A DNA stretch of 64,000 nucleotides from assembly GCA_012295275.1 (NCBI GenBank), contig CM022670.1, positions 20,770,001 through 20,834,000 of the forward strand, in the 5' to 3' direction. A program made the translations under genes and the position numbers. Below, one piece after another: positions 14,381-26,498 of this stretch (position 1 is the stretch's first letter; each line of letters starts with the position of its first letter). A model generated the notes under the pieces. That model had not been told where the DNA came from, made no database searches, and worked only from the letters and a program-made list of their open reading frames with translations. The DNA is from Chrysomallon squamiferum (Eukaryota > Animalia > Mollusca).

Positions 14381-14486
14381 CTAAGTCCATCGTGTCCTTC
14401 CTTTCAGAACTTGTCTTTCTGTTAATATTAATTCTTCCTGCTGCAATCCCAAAAGTTTTCGAAGATGAATTACTTCTTGTTTGTAT
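14381..14486 (-). CDS. CCDC78: CCDC78-like coiled-coil protein, terminal coding exon
   Basis: Acceptor TTGTTTCAG, phase 2, encoding (K)YKQEVIHLRKLLGLQQEELILTERQVLKGRTRWT*. This matches my recollection of the human CCDC78 C-terminus RYKHEILRLRKLAG. Confidence 0.72.
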
Positions 14487-14803
14487 CTGAAACAATCATA
14501 TAACATTTAACTTTAATCATAACATCTCAACAAGAATTAAAATTATTGTTTACAAAGGTTCAATCCCTCTGTTAAGGTATTAATTCACACTTATCTAGAT
14601 AAATGACTGTGTATATTATCTCCATTTACATATTCATGTAACCAAATGTGTCTTGCCTAGCCAAATGATTGTGTACTTGTAATATCTCTGTTCACACTCT
14701 AACCTAAACAAATGACTGTATGTAGTAGGTTAATTTACACCCACCTACCCAAATGGCTTTCTACACTGTACCTCTCCATTCAAATATTTACTTAGTGAAA
14801 TGA

Positions 14804-14842
<39 letters not shown>

Positions 14843-14905
14843 GTCACCATTCTCACCAGCCTAACCAAATGTCTGAAAATGTATTGGATGTCTGTTTACA
14901 CTCAC

Positions 14906-15076
14906 TTGGCCAGGTGACTGTCTATGTAATCCTGACTCTCTCTAAGCTGTTCTCTCAACATCTGGTTTTCACTCAGCAGTCTGGCTCTCTCTTCCTCCAG
15001 GCTCTGTTGTGTGTTTAAAGTGAATTCCCTCATCTGTTTGCTTAGATATCCCCATGTGTCAGCCTTGTCACCCAGT
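14906..15076 (-). CDS. CCDC78: CCDC78-like coiled-coil protein, penultimate exon (171 nt, phase 2-2)
   Basis: Encodes LGDKADTWGYLSKQMREFTLNTQQSLEEERARLLSENQMLREQLRESQDYIDSHLA with donor AA|GTGAGT. It aligns with recalled CCDC78 [31 protein letters not shown]...EEQLSELQEYVDQHLG. The acceptor position is less certain. Confidence 0.75.
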
Positions 15077-15229
15077 CTGTTATGTTGTATTGATAAACAT
15101 TATTAAAGGTTGTCCATAAAGATGGAAGAATCTAGGCATGATAGACAAAGAGAATAGACAGGGAAAAGGGAAAGTGTACTGGTGTGTGTGTATGTGTAGG
15201 TGTATGTGTTTATGATTCAATGTCAGCTG

Positions 15230-15281
<52 letters not shown>

Positions 15282-15418
15282 TGTGTGTGTGTGTTTGAGA
15301 GTGTGTGAGTGTGGTAATATATATTATTATTTTTCATAGTTGTAACTTATAGAAAATGAAGTAGTAATAATTATATAACAAATAGGTAATAAAATTAATT
15401 AAAAGACTATTTATTTAC

Positions 15419-15459
15419 CTGGAGTCAGTGAAATCAGCTTTATCTCCAAACAATCCATA
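15419..15459 (-). CDS. Probable 41-nt exon upstream of the CCDC78-like exons
   Basis: Reads TTTTTTTTCTTCTAG| YGLFGDKADFTDS-R |GTAAAT and ends in phase 2, compatible with the next exon. Confidence 0.5.
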
Positions 15460-16386
15460 CTAGAAGAAAAAAAAATGTATTTCATTAGCAATTCATCTAA
15501 ATTTCTGCTTTTTAAACTTTTACCATCACCCATTACATTTGTTGAAAACCTCTGATGACCACACTTTTTGTTAACTACTTTTGAAGAATGCAAGCTTTGG
15601 ATGTTCAAAAGCAACAACTACTTTTTCTGAGTAACATGGTTTTTTAAGTGGTTTTTTTTTTTTTTTTTTTAAAGATAAAATAATATATTAATATATTTTA
15701 CAAGCAACAAAAACAGAAATAATATCACTAAATTTGTTTTTTATTTCCATGTAAAGTGCATATAGACCAATATCTAGGATATAAAGAAGAGTTACTTCAA
15801 ATAAATGCATGGTTTTTGCATTTATAAATCCAAGATTATCTAGTATAAAATAAACTACATTTACTCTGAGTTTAATGCTGTCGACATCACCAGGCATTCA
15901 ACCAAGTTCAGCTGAGACATAATGACAGATGAAATCCACTTTTGATAAGCATCTGAGATTTTTTTTCAGTTTTTGATATATTAGCTGTGAGGCACTGGCT
16001 GGAGTGGTTTACTAACAGCATAAAAGATATAATTTTTTAAAGATTACATATTTACACACACAACATTCCAACCTTCTGCTTACCAAACTAACAAACTTAC
16101 AGGTTTAAAATAAATAGTATTTAAAATATATTTCAAGTTAAGTTACATAAAATCCAAATGAAATAATCATCTTTACAAACACTAATGGTTTATTAAAAAC
16201 AAAAAATGAGTAAAAACCTCTATGATCATCTTAGGCTATGATGATTTATCTTTATAACATGTTTTTTTATATGTTTTGTTGGTACATAGAAATATTCATA
16301 TAAACTCTTGTAAATGTACATGTTTATCTCCACGTTCAAATCCTAGCATGACCAAGAAAGTCAAACTAACCTATAAAACAGTGTCA

Positions 16387-16625
16387 GGGTAATTGCCACC
16401 CCCCCTGAACAACTGACCTCCATTTTTCTTCCAAAATACCATTCGGTGTTACCAGACAAATGGCAGGGAGCAGGTCAAGCACTTTGTCAAAAAGACCAAG
16501 ATGCTTCAATGTGTTTGTTGAGACAATCAGACAGTGTGAAAAGGATGAATATATGTTGTTATGCTTGAAAAAACAGGGTACAGTTGTCCAGGGGGCAATT
16601 GCCCTGGGGGGCTGTTGTCCTATAT
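16387..16625. mobile_element. MITE-like remnant with GGGGCAATTGCCC-type terminal arrays
   Basis: GGGTAATTGCCACCCCCCCTGAACAACTGACC at the left end is inverted relative to GGGTACAGTTGTCCAGGGGGCAATTGCCC at the right end. Confidence 0.55.
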
Positions 16626-18153
16626 TCCTATAAAATATCTTAGCTATTCTCTCTTTAGTCTGAATGAGTACATAATTACAAAGTACCTCAAAATAAACAT
16701 AGTAGTTTTTTGTAAAAATGTAAATAAAGATTTTATTTCTTTTGAAATGAGACATAAAAGAAAAAACCTGCCATGTTTATGGGGTTATCTGTGTGGACAA
16801 ATGGGCACTGAGTTGTAAAATGAATCCCTATAAAATAGCATGGATACAGCCAATGCACGGAATCATAGGACTTATTTTCTTTCTAGTCCATGAAAAGAAT
16901 TGTATGGTGATATTTTCATAAGCAACTAACAGATAAAAGTTTAATTAAAACACTTGTTTGGAAGTCAGCAGTTAAAAAAATTCAGTGTTTACTTATCACA
17001 AGTCAAAAAAAAACAACAAAAAAAACAACTGTTTTGAGTTATAATGTATCATGCTGTTACCAGAGTCCTGCCTGTAATTGTTTATATTACCTGTGAATAA
17101 TCAGATTTGTGTACTGATAAAATATAATATATATATATGTGTGTGTGTGTGTGTTAGTATTATTATTATTATTATATTAATTAATAAGATTAATAAATAA
17201 TGTACAGTAACTAAGTGACACAACATTATCATTATTATTCAACAAATTAACAACTTAATAGGTTTATTTATGTAGCAGTATTTAGCATGAACATTCTATT
17301 ATAGTTATTTGAAAATTTGTTTCACACTGTATAAAGCACAAACCATGTGAAACTTGTTTTCAAAATCTGCATATATTTTTCTCTATCAAAAGATTAATAG
17401 AAGTTTATTACTGGTGTATAAAATCTATATGAATACAGTTTGTATCTGTTGGTTACATATCACTGTTTAATTAAGACTGTTCTTTATATATTTTATATTG
17501 GCAAAGAATACACAATTCTAAAATTAAAATGAATAAACAGAAATTATTTTCAAAGTGTTATTTGAATTTTTACTTTCCAGCAAAATAAAAATATGCAGAA
17601 ATGAAATATATGTGGGCAAATATATATATATAATAAAAATATAATAACAATAACCCAGCTTAGTTGTATAATAAATAAACAGATATCATATCTATCCAAT
17701 ACCTGTGCCACACAAGCCTCACATGGCAAGAGGCCTCCTCTAGAAAACTTCTACTGCTATTTGTCAAGGTATGAAAGACAAAGTGTGACAGGCTTCTGTC
17801 CACCTTTTCACTACATGGCCCTGGCAAGGTTTACGTTGCACAATCTAGGTACAATGAAATCAACTGATCATTTATTCACTTAGATCGTCCCTGACTTATA
17901 AAATGCAAGAACTGTTTTACTGCATATGAAACACCTTCTTTGATATTGGAAAAAATGTCCTTAATTTGTAAGACCGAATAAAGAAAGTTTGTCAGTTAAG
18001 AAGCAGAATATTTTTCTTTTTGCCTCTCATTATGCTAAACTTCTTACTAACATGCAGTAAGTGGAAATAGTAAAACTCACAAACTCACATACGCAGACAA
18101 AAACACACACAAATATTACTGAAGGCCAATACTCTCATATTTACCATCTAAAA

Positions 18154-18730
18154 GAGTGGTTCTCAACCTTTTTTTGCCAACGGCACTCCTTGGAACACAT
18201 GAAAAAATATTCTACTTTTGCGAAATAAAAGCATGGCAAATGATAGGCTGCATACAACTGTAACTCAAGTTCAGTGTTGGAAGAATGATTTATGAAAGGA
18301 TCTCTAATCCAATCATACTTTTCTGTCTTTAATGAAATTGTTGTAATTGTTGATGTAATTATTGATGCTTTCGTCCGGGGCTGTTAGATGAGTAAACACA
18401 ATAGGGATCACTTCTCTAGTGCAGGTAGAATGCAATAAAGGGAACATACAAAGATTGCCAGTGATTGCTCTGTTTTTCCAAATCACAATTTGCTTTTTGA
18501 GGGCACAGTTGTTCAAATAATCGTGACTTCAATGGCCTACTTTTTATATAATTGACCATTCCAATAACTTGATGTAACACAACCTTTAAATCGTCCTGCG
18601 ATATTTTTTAAACAAGAACTTCTCTATGTAGAAAGCATTGAGTACGAATGAGATTTTGATTTTCTTTTTCTACCAAATTTTGCGGCACACTTAGGAAGAT
18701 CTCGCGGCACACCTGCGTTGAGAATGACTG
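18154..18730. mobile_element. Non-autonomous hAT (Charlie-like) DNA transposon
   Basis: TIRs GAGTGGTTCTCAAC and GTTGAGAATGACTG. 8-bp TSD ATCTAAAA at 18146-18153 and 18731-18738. Subterminal GCGGCACAC repeats are present. Confidence 0.88.
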
Positions 18731-19733
18731 ATCTAAAATAACATAATCCCGAGCAATCTAATTAACAACACGTCATTTCCAAGAAAACTTGGCAATAATA
18801 CAGTGAACCTCGATGATCTCATCATCGGACAACCCAAGAAGAGTAATGCAATTAGCTTCTGATAGATGGGATAACTAGTCACTGATTTTAGTTCTGAAGT
18901 TAATGAGGATGTGTGTATCAGCTAACCTAGTATACCAACTAACCTGTTTCTCTCCTGATATTATTACGTTTTGGGGTGGGTTTTTTTTAACATGCATCCA
19001 CTGTAAAGTGATCTCGGCCTCGCTGTCAGAGGAAAGGGTACTCAGAAGTCAACTTTATTATTATAATATTATAGCCTTTACTAGTAGCAAGATTGTATGT
19101 AATTCGATGATAAAGAAAAATTCAACTTCTTAAAAGAAAAAAGTAATAATTTTTATTGACATAATGTATTTTCAATCTTTATTATGGTGGAAGCACAAAA
19201 CTGTATTTTTTAGATGAACGGTTTGTAAAAAGTTAATTCTTAAATATATCTATCAGCCCACGATCTTTGTTATAATTGCAAGGGAGGCTTAATTTAGTAA
19301 AAACAATATGTGTAGAATTTCCTTTAGTGATATTAGTTTACTCTGACATTAAATTGTTGCTTTTTAATTTGTTCTTAATGTGTTTATTATAATGTCTAAA
19401 GAGAGAGAAAAACAATGAAATAATAATAATAAATAATAATAATAATAATAATTCCATGTCGTTCACCACCCAAAACATAAAATATTAAACGCTCTGTCTT
19501 AGTTACATCAAAATTGATTACCGATATATCACAGCCTAAAACGTGATGGTCACTCTCATAATAATACAGGTTGTGCTATGACGTGCAACCTGCTTGTGAA
19601 GAGATAAAAAGGCGGCGTTCAAATGATTTGTATCGGTATTATTTCATTTGTCAAGAATGCTGTTCATTATGTTCCCAAACCAATCAAATTTAAAACTTGT
19701 TAGTATAAAATTTGTATAAGACTATCTATCTAT

Positions 19734-19881
19734 CGCCGCTGACTTGTCACAACAGCTTGCCCGTCGCTGACGTGCTTCACAACAGCTTGCCCGTCGCTGA
19801 CGTGCTTCACAACAGCTTGCCCGTCGCTGACGTGCTTCACAACAGCTTGCTCTGATTAGCACGTTAATTTTTTTCCATTCC
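19734..19881. repeat. Insertion with a 30-bp GC-rich tandem repeat (~3.5 copies)
   Basis: Unit CACAACAGCTTGCCCGTCGCTGACGTGCTT, flanked by direct ATCTATCTAT repeats (19724-19733, 19882-19891). Confidence 0.9.
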
Positions 19882-20079
19882 ATCTATCTATGGTATGAAG
19901 AGTACTCTATAATCCTGTTTTTAGCTGATTTCTAATAGTTTTACAAAATATTTTATAACTTACTCAGCTGTGTCAAATTTCTGCAGCTTTCCAAGATTAC
20001 AGAGCAAATCAACAACAGAGACTAGTTTTGTTAAACTGGACATTAAATCAAGCTCTAAAAAGTTAGTAAAATAGGTCAG

Positions 20080-20266
20080 TATGACGTACCAGTAATAGCG
20101 GCATTTATTTAGCACAGTCGAGGCGGGTCACTTTGGATGGGTATGTGCTACACGATAAAACTTCCTTCTCAGTAACATAGTGTGTGACGGACGTGAAAAT
20201 ATTCTTTAAACCATCGGCACTTCACTACATTTTAGAACAGCTCCGAGTCTGACAGACGAGGTAAGA
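20080..20266 (+). promoter_or_regulatory. Putative promoter and non-coding first exon of GT32 copy 2
   Basis: CRE-like ATGACGTA, GC box GAGGCGGG, and donor GAG|GTAAGA at 20261. The acceptor TTTTTTCCAG lies just before the ATG at 22804. Confidence 0.5.
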
Positions 20267-21534
20267 CAGACAAAAATATTACTTACTTTAAATGTGAAAT
20301 TTTGACTGAAATATTATTGGTTTATAATTTAGTTTATGATATAGTGGGCTTTGATTGTTCAATAACAATGGATCTGCCTATTTGACGAATCCGAGACAAA
20401 AGAAATTAAAAAAAAGGCAGCTGTGAAAAAAAAAAAAAAAAAAAAAAAAAAATAAGTAACAGCAAACAAACAAACAAAATCAATCCCCCCCCCCCCAAAA
20501 AAAATCACAGAAACAAACTACTAAACACAATTGCGAGGTTTCAGTATAAGCTATTTACGAATACGAAGACGATTGGAAAAGGTAAAAGAAATGGACTGCT
20601 TGCTCAGACCGGTAATCCTGTCCCCTTGCTGGTGAACTATGGGCTCCAGTGACGGTATTGATGGATGTGATGCATTTCTGTCTGAGCTACGCCATCAGAA
20701 AATGTGGAGTTATTTTGATCAGTTGACACGATAAAAGGAGGTGACATTTGAATATCATCTAACTAAAATGTTGAATAATGAAATAATGAAATAATTTTGA
20801 TCAAGTTTGAGGACCGAGAGTGAAATTGCTTTTCTTTCATTTTTTCGGGGTTTGTTGGGAATACGTATTGATAAAAAATGTTTTTATTATTTCCTTGGTT
20901 TATCTTAGCAACTTTTTCTCTTCAAAACAAGTAATGAGTCTTCTGATTCTTGTCCTTTCTGAATTAACAGTCATCTGTTTAAACTAGTCGATATTTAGAT
21001 TGTCCCATCTTTCGATTTACAAAAGTAATCGGTGTGTATTGTTAATAATATATATGTACATTAAACACTGTGACCGTATATTAAAATAAGTAAATAAATA
21101 AGTATAAAGGAAATATGCAAATAAATAAATAAATAAATATAAAACTGATTGCAAGACATTATTAACTGTCGATGTTTATGGAAACATGTTTTATTATTTT
21201 CTACTAAACGATATAAAAAATAGATGACTTCATCTTTGAAATGCATCTTTAGAATGCGCCATTACAGAAAGCTGACAAACAGCAGACTTAAAACCTGAAA
21301 ACCAAAAGCTCAGTCTTCCTCAGTGCTCCAGCTGGGCTATTTTGCTGTCCAACCAGTGACCCGTAACACATTATTTACATAGCTAGGGGTAATGTTTTAC
21401 CCGGGGACTGTTTTCTGCTCGAACCACTGACACATAACTATTTTACAAAAATCATTGTGCGAGATGCTTTTAGCACTGAATTACGACCCGTGTCATTGTT
21501 TTGTGCAGCAGCAACAAATGCTATATTAGAAACA

Positions 21535-21571
<37 letters not shown>

Positions 21572-22803
21572 TAATACAACAACAAATGCTTGTATGTACC
21601 TGCTTAAGTAACAATGTATATTTCATTCTCTATATGTAGTTTGAGCTGTGAATTCATTTCACAATTAAATAAAAGTAATTATAATAATAATAATAATATT
21701 AATGAAAACAAAACAAAACAAAACAACAGATACTGTAAATGACATTTATCATTGTCATTATTCCTGTTCGAAAGTTAATTGTATCTAATTGTTTTCAGGT
21801 AATATCATCATTCAAACATATAACAATTGATTCACACATCCAATGGTTGTTCTGCTGTCAATGTTATTTCGTATTTTTTGCAGGTATTCTTAATAGAGAA
21901 CATAGAGGTAAATGTTCTATAATACAGTTATAATTTTATTATTATTAATATTGTTATTATTATCATGATCACCATTATCTTTATCATTTTGATCCTCATT
22001 ATCGTCACTAAATAGTAGTATTTTTAGTAGTAAAATAATTAGTAATAGTTGTAGTAGTAGCAGTAGCTGTGTGATGATTATTATTTATATCATCTTCATC
22101 ATCATTATTATCATATTCATAATTAGTCGTAGCAACAGCAGTAACAGTAGAAATAGTAGTGGTAGCAACACAAATAGTAGAATTAATAGTATTAGTAGCA
22201 GCAGTAGTCACAGTAGTAGAAGCAAGAGTATAAGTATTACTAATATTATTATATTTAATTTTCAATCAATGCACTGCAACTCAATTTAAATTTAATGATT
22301 CTTTTCTCTTTTTGTCTTTAATTTTTCTTTATTTCTTTCTTTTTATATTTTTAAAATTAAAATTTATTTATTTATTTATTTATTTATTTATACATTTATT
22401 TTAATTGATTGATTTACAGATTTATTTTTTATTCCCCTTCATAATGAAAGAATAGGACTGAAAAAAATAATAAAACGTGTAAACATTTAACCTTAAATAT
22501 ATCGCCATATTAACGAAATGTCTTAGTGTATTTCTGGTTTGTTAATTATTATTATTATTATTATTAGCAGTAGTAGTAGCAGCAGCAGTAGCAGTAGTAG
22601 TAGTAATAGTCAAGCACTAGTATTAGTATTACTAGTAGTTTTAGTAGTGTCATCATCATTATCATCATAATATTTATAATACTCATCCTCACCACTATGT
22701 AATCTGTTCCAGATATTAATAGTCTGATTTTGCAAAATAAATCGACTAAACAAAAGTAATATTTCAAAATAATTTTTTCCAGGTACTAAACTGCCACTGG
22801 AAG

Positions 22804-23877
22804 ATGAAGAAAATTCTTTTCTTGACTGTTGTTGTCATCTCTATTTTCATGCTGATTCTGCTTTCATCGAGGTATACTAAGGACAACAAACCAGTAAGGG
22901 AAACTATGCTTCAACCCTTAAATGTTAATGTTATCAAATCGCAGCAAGATAAAAGTGTACCTGCTAAACCTATCTCTCAGTGGTGCATGGAACAAAACAT
23001 ATGTAAAAAAAACGAATCGAAAAAGTATTACGTTTACCACAGGAATGACACGTTTAAACGCATGTTAACTTCACCAGTGAATTATTCTAGAAATATAACC
23101 CACGAGAAAACCGTTGTTCCTAGTTTGGTTCATTTCATTTGGTTGTCTCATCTTGGACCGAAGAAAAAAATGTTTCAGTTTAAGGCTTTGGTAGCCATTT
23201 TAGCTGCACAAAGATTTATTAAACCCAAACGAATTTTTTTGTGGATTGATAGTTTTCCTGAAGGAAAATATTTTGATGAACTACTGCTAAAGGTTAAAAA
23301 CCTGTATTTCATTCAGAGAGAAATTCCAAAAGAAATATACGGTAGACCAGTGAATGTATTAGAACATAAATCAGATATTATTAGAATTGAGGCCATCTTG
23401 GAATTTGGAGGAATGTATTTTGATTTGGATTCTTTTGTTGTGAATCCTTTGGATCCTTTGCTCAAATACGAGACAGTAATGGGATACGAAACATCTTATG
23501 GCCTGGGTAGCAGTACAATCATAGCCACACCTTGGGCAGAATTCATGAAACTGTGGCATTCGAAGTACCAGACTTTTGATGATACAAACTGGGCTGAACA
23601 TGCCATATTAGTGCCTGCGAAAATAGCCCTTCAACACAAAAACTTAATTCACACTGAAGAAACCTCCCTGTGTCGACCTAACTGGAGTGAGGAAGGTCTG
23701 AATGTGCTCTATGGTACTGGGAAAATTTACGACTGGAAGAAAAAGAATTACGTTGTACACTTGTGGTCGAAAGTGAGATCAGAAAAATATGATCCAGAAA
23801 ATATCAAAAGAATGAAGAATATTATTGGTGAAATATTCAGATATATTTATTATGGAAATGCTACTATTATTATGTAA
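22804..23877 (+). CDS. GT32 glycosyltransferase copy 2 (intact, 357 aa; A4GNT/A4GALT-like, type II Golgi membrane)
   Basis: N-terminal signal anchor, stem, VPSLVHFIW, HKSDIIRIEAILEFGGMYFDLD (Gly_transf_sug DxD), and C-terminal VVHLW. The ORF is uninterrupted. Confidence 0.93.
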   Translation: MKKILFLTVVVISIFMLILLSSRYTKDNKPVRETMLQPLNVNVIKSQQDKSVPAKPISQWCMEQNICKKNESKKYYVYHRNDTFKRMLTSPVNYSRNITHEKTVVPSLVHFIWLSHLGPKKKMFQFKALVAILAAQRFIKPKRIFLWIDSFPEGKYFDELLLKVKNLYFIQREIPKEIYGRPVNVLEHKSDIIRIEAILEFGGMYFDLDSFVVNPLDPLLKYETVMGYETSYGLGSSTIIATPWAEFMKLWHSKYQTFDDTNWAEHAILVPAKIALQHKNLIHTEETSLCRPNWSEEGLNVLYGTGKIYDWKKKNYVVHLWSKVRSEKYDPENIKRMKNIIGEIFRYIYYGNATIIM

Positions 23878-24616
23878 TTAGCTTTTGTGTAATTGTTACT
23901 GTTGAGGTTGGGAATGCAATCATATAAGCATTCTTCACAACAGATTTTGTTTTTCTGTACCAATAATATTTTGTAGAGTTATATAATTAATTATTAATTG
24001 CTTTCTATTCTGCTAGTTTATTTCTGAATGTGTTCAGTTTCCAAAATAATGTTTTACGGCGCTTATATCTATATACACGTAACTTAATAGACAATCCTCT
24101 CTCTCTGCTTGTCTCTCTCTCTCTTTCTCTTTCTCTTATATATATATATAGATAGATAGTTATAGTTAGATAGATAGATAGATAAACAGATAAAGGATAT
24201 TTCCTTAATAATTGGCTTTGATATTTTAATCCCAGCGCAATAGAAACTAAATTGAATTGTTATAGATCTAAAGATCACGATATTGGCTGTTATGAACCGG
24301 TTTTTAACTTGTTTTGTTTTATACTCTGTTTTCCTTACAGAAAAAAATTTGTATTCATCTTTATGTTTTATTTCTGTTATTGAGGCAGTCAGTGATAAAG
24401 CTAGATATATTATGTCTAATACAAAATATTATTATGTTAAAATATCAACTAAACAAATACCTTACGTTTATTTTTAACATCATTATTTTCGTCGTTTCCA
24501 GTTATCATTACCAGCATCATTATTATTATTATTAAGAAATACAACATACACACACACAGGCAGGCAGACACACACATACACACACACACTCATACACACA
24601 TATATAGATGAAATGA

Positions 24617-24647
<31 letters not shown>

Positions 24648-25031
24648 TATAAAATATATAGATAGAAATATACAAACATATGAATAGATAGATATATATG
24701 TATATTTTCTCTAAGATGGAAACATATTTCCTAAGAATTTACATAACTTTAGTCTAAAAGGTAGAGTCTCAAGTATACTCTTAAAAATGGTTCCGACAAC
24801 TTAAACTTGTAGATTGCTAAGTGTATGTTGGCTTTGCAATCAGATGTAATTATGAGAAAAGACGAGCGACATTCGACTAATATGTGAGTTATTACATTAA
24901 ATACATTCTTAAAATGAACTCTGATATCTTTTGCAATACCTTCATAAATGTTAGAAGATGAAAGGCTATTAAAATCGCAGTAGTAGTTAAAAACAGAGGT
25001 CTCAGAAATTTTAAAAAACTTTACTTAATTT

Positions 25032-25130
<99 letters not shown>

Positions 25131-25801
25131 TGAACCGTGGTTTCCAATTGGTTTCTATTGTAAGCGACATATTGGCAACCACCGATCTATTGGATAAAGA
25201 CCACGTGTAGATGGACACAGAGGCTATACTGTTTATATTATTAAAACCAGGTTGAAATATGGATGTCTGTAAATTTCAACCATTGTAATTTCTATCATAA
25301 TTATTATATAGATGTTGTTTTTGCTTTCGTTTCATTAATTAAAAAAAATAAATAACAAAAAATAACAAAAAATATAATGAAAACAAAAATAATAGAAATA
25401 AAAATAAAGAAAGAAAGAAATAATAATAAATAAAACGATTAAGATGTTATGCTGTGTCATTTTGAAAATACACAGATACTTAAAAGAGTATGCTTTTATG
25501 AGCCAGTACAGAACGAAATGTTTAATAAGTTATTACCAAGCTGTGACAAATATTAATCACGGAACACAGTAAACCACCCATGGTGAATCGTATTGATTGT
25601 GGTGAGTTAATTAAATTGATAGGATGACTTCGGACACGATGACCAGGCACTCAGAAGAGACGTGCACTTTTCAGTGGTCTTGCATTTCTGCTTGTATTCA
25701 GTTGTACAATCCTGTGTCAGTAACAGTAATTTTTCCCTCTATTTTATCCACTAACTTTGGTTTTAAGTAAGTGAATTATTATTATCACCATAATCATCAT
25801 C

Positions 25802-25852
<51 letters not shown>

Positions 25853-26498
25853 GTTGTTGTTGTTGTTATTGTTGTTGTTGTCGTCGTCGTCGTCGACGTT
25901 GTTTAAATATATTTTACACTAGACTATTATGCACTTATATTTATCTAATTAGCTGATATCTGATAGGTAAATAGTTACGTGATAACGTCTTCTGCATTTT
26001 CACGTGAGATAAATCAAAATGCACTTTATTTTATTATGTTAGAATTAATTTTTTGAAATTGTGTTTTGAATTAACTTCTTCATCAGTTGAGTTAACAATT
26101 TGCATTTTTCCCTTCGTGTCGTCAAGTGTTTTGTATAATATTTTCTCACTTAATTATTTTGTCCATTCGCTCATTTATTTATTAATACACATCTAACTAC
26201 AGTTGTAAATATTTGTCAATGCATTGCGTTTAGAATAATGAAAATGACTACGATCATGATAATAATAATAATAACAACAACAACAACAACTATAAATCCA
26301 ATATAAAAACATAATAATAACAAAAGTAAATGTTTTAATACAACAGTTACTGTCTCGAAAAGTTCGTGTTTTTTTTTTTTTTTTTTTTTATCGATATGCA
26401 CTCTGTAAACAATATTTTGTATAATTATTGCATTTTTTTATTTCTTTGAAAACCAGTAATATATATATATGATTTTATTTAAAGGTACCAGACAAGCC

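Noticed and set aside
15500-18050. Exon-like GC-richer patches on the minus strand (15865-16010, 16770-16925, 17703-17844)
   Set aside because: All tested frames contain stops, no family is recognisable, and one implied intron would be only ~35 nt. A decayed pseudogene cannot be excluded.
19740-19850. 30-bp repeats superficially like a CRISPR array
   Set aside because: The units are head-to-tail with no unique spacers, in eukaryotic DNA without cas genes.
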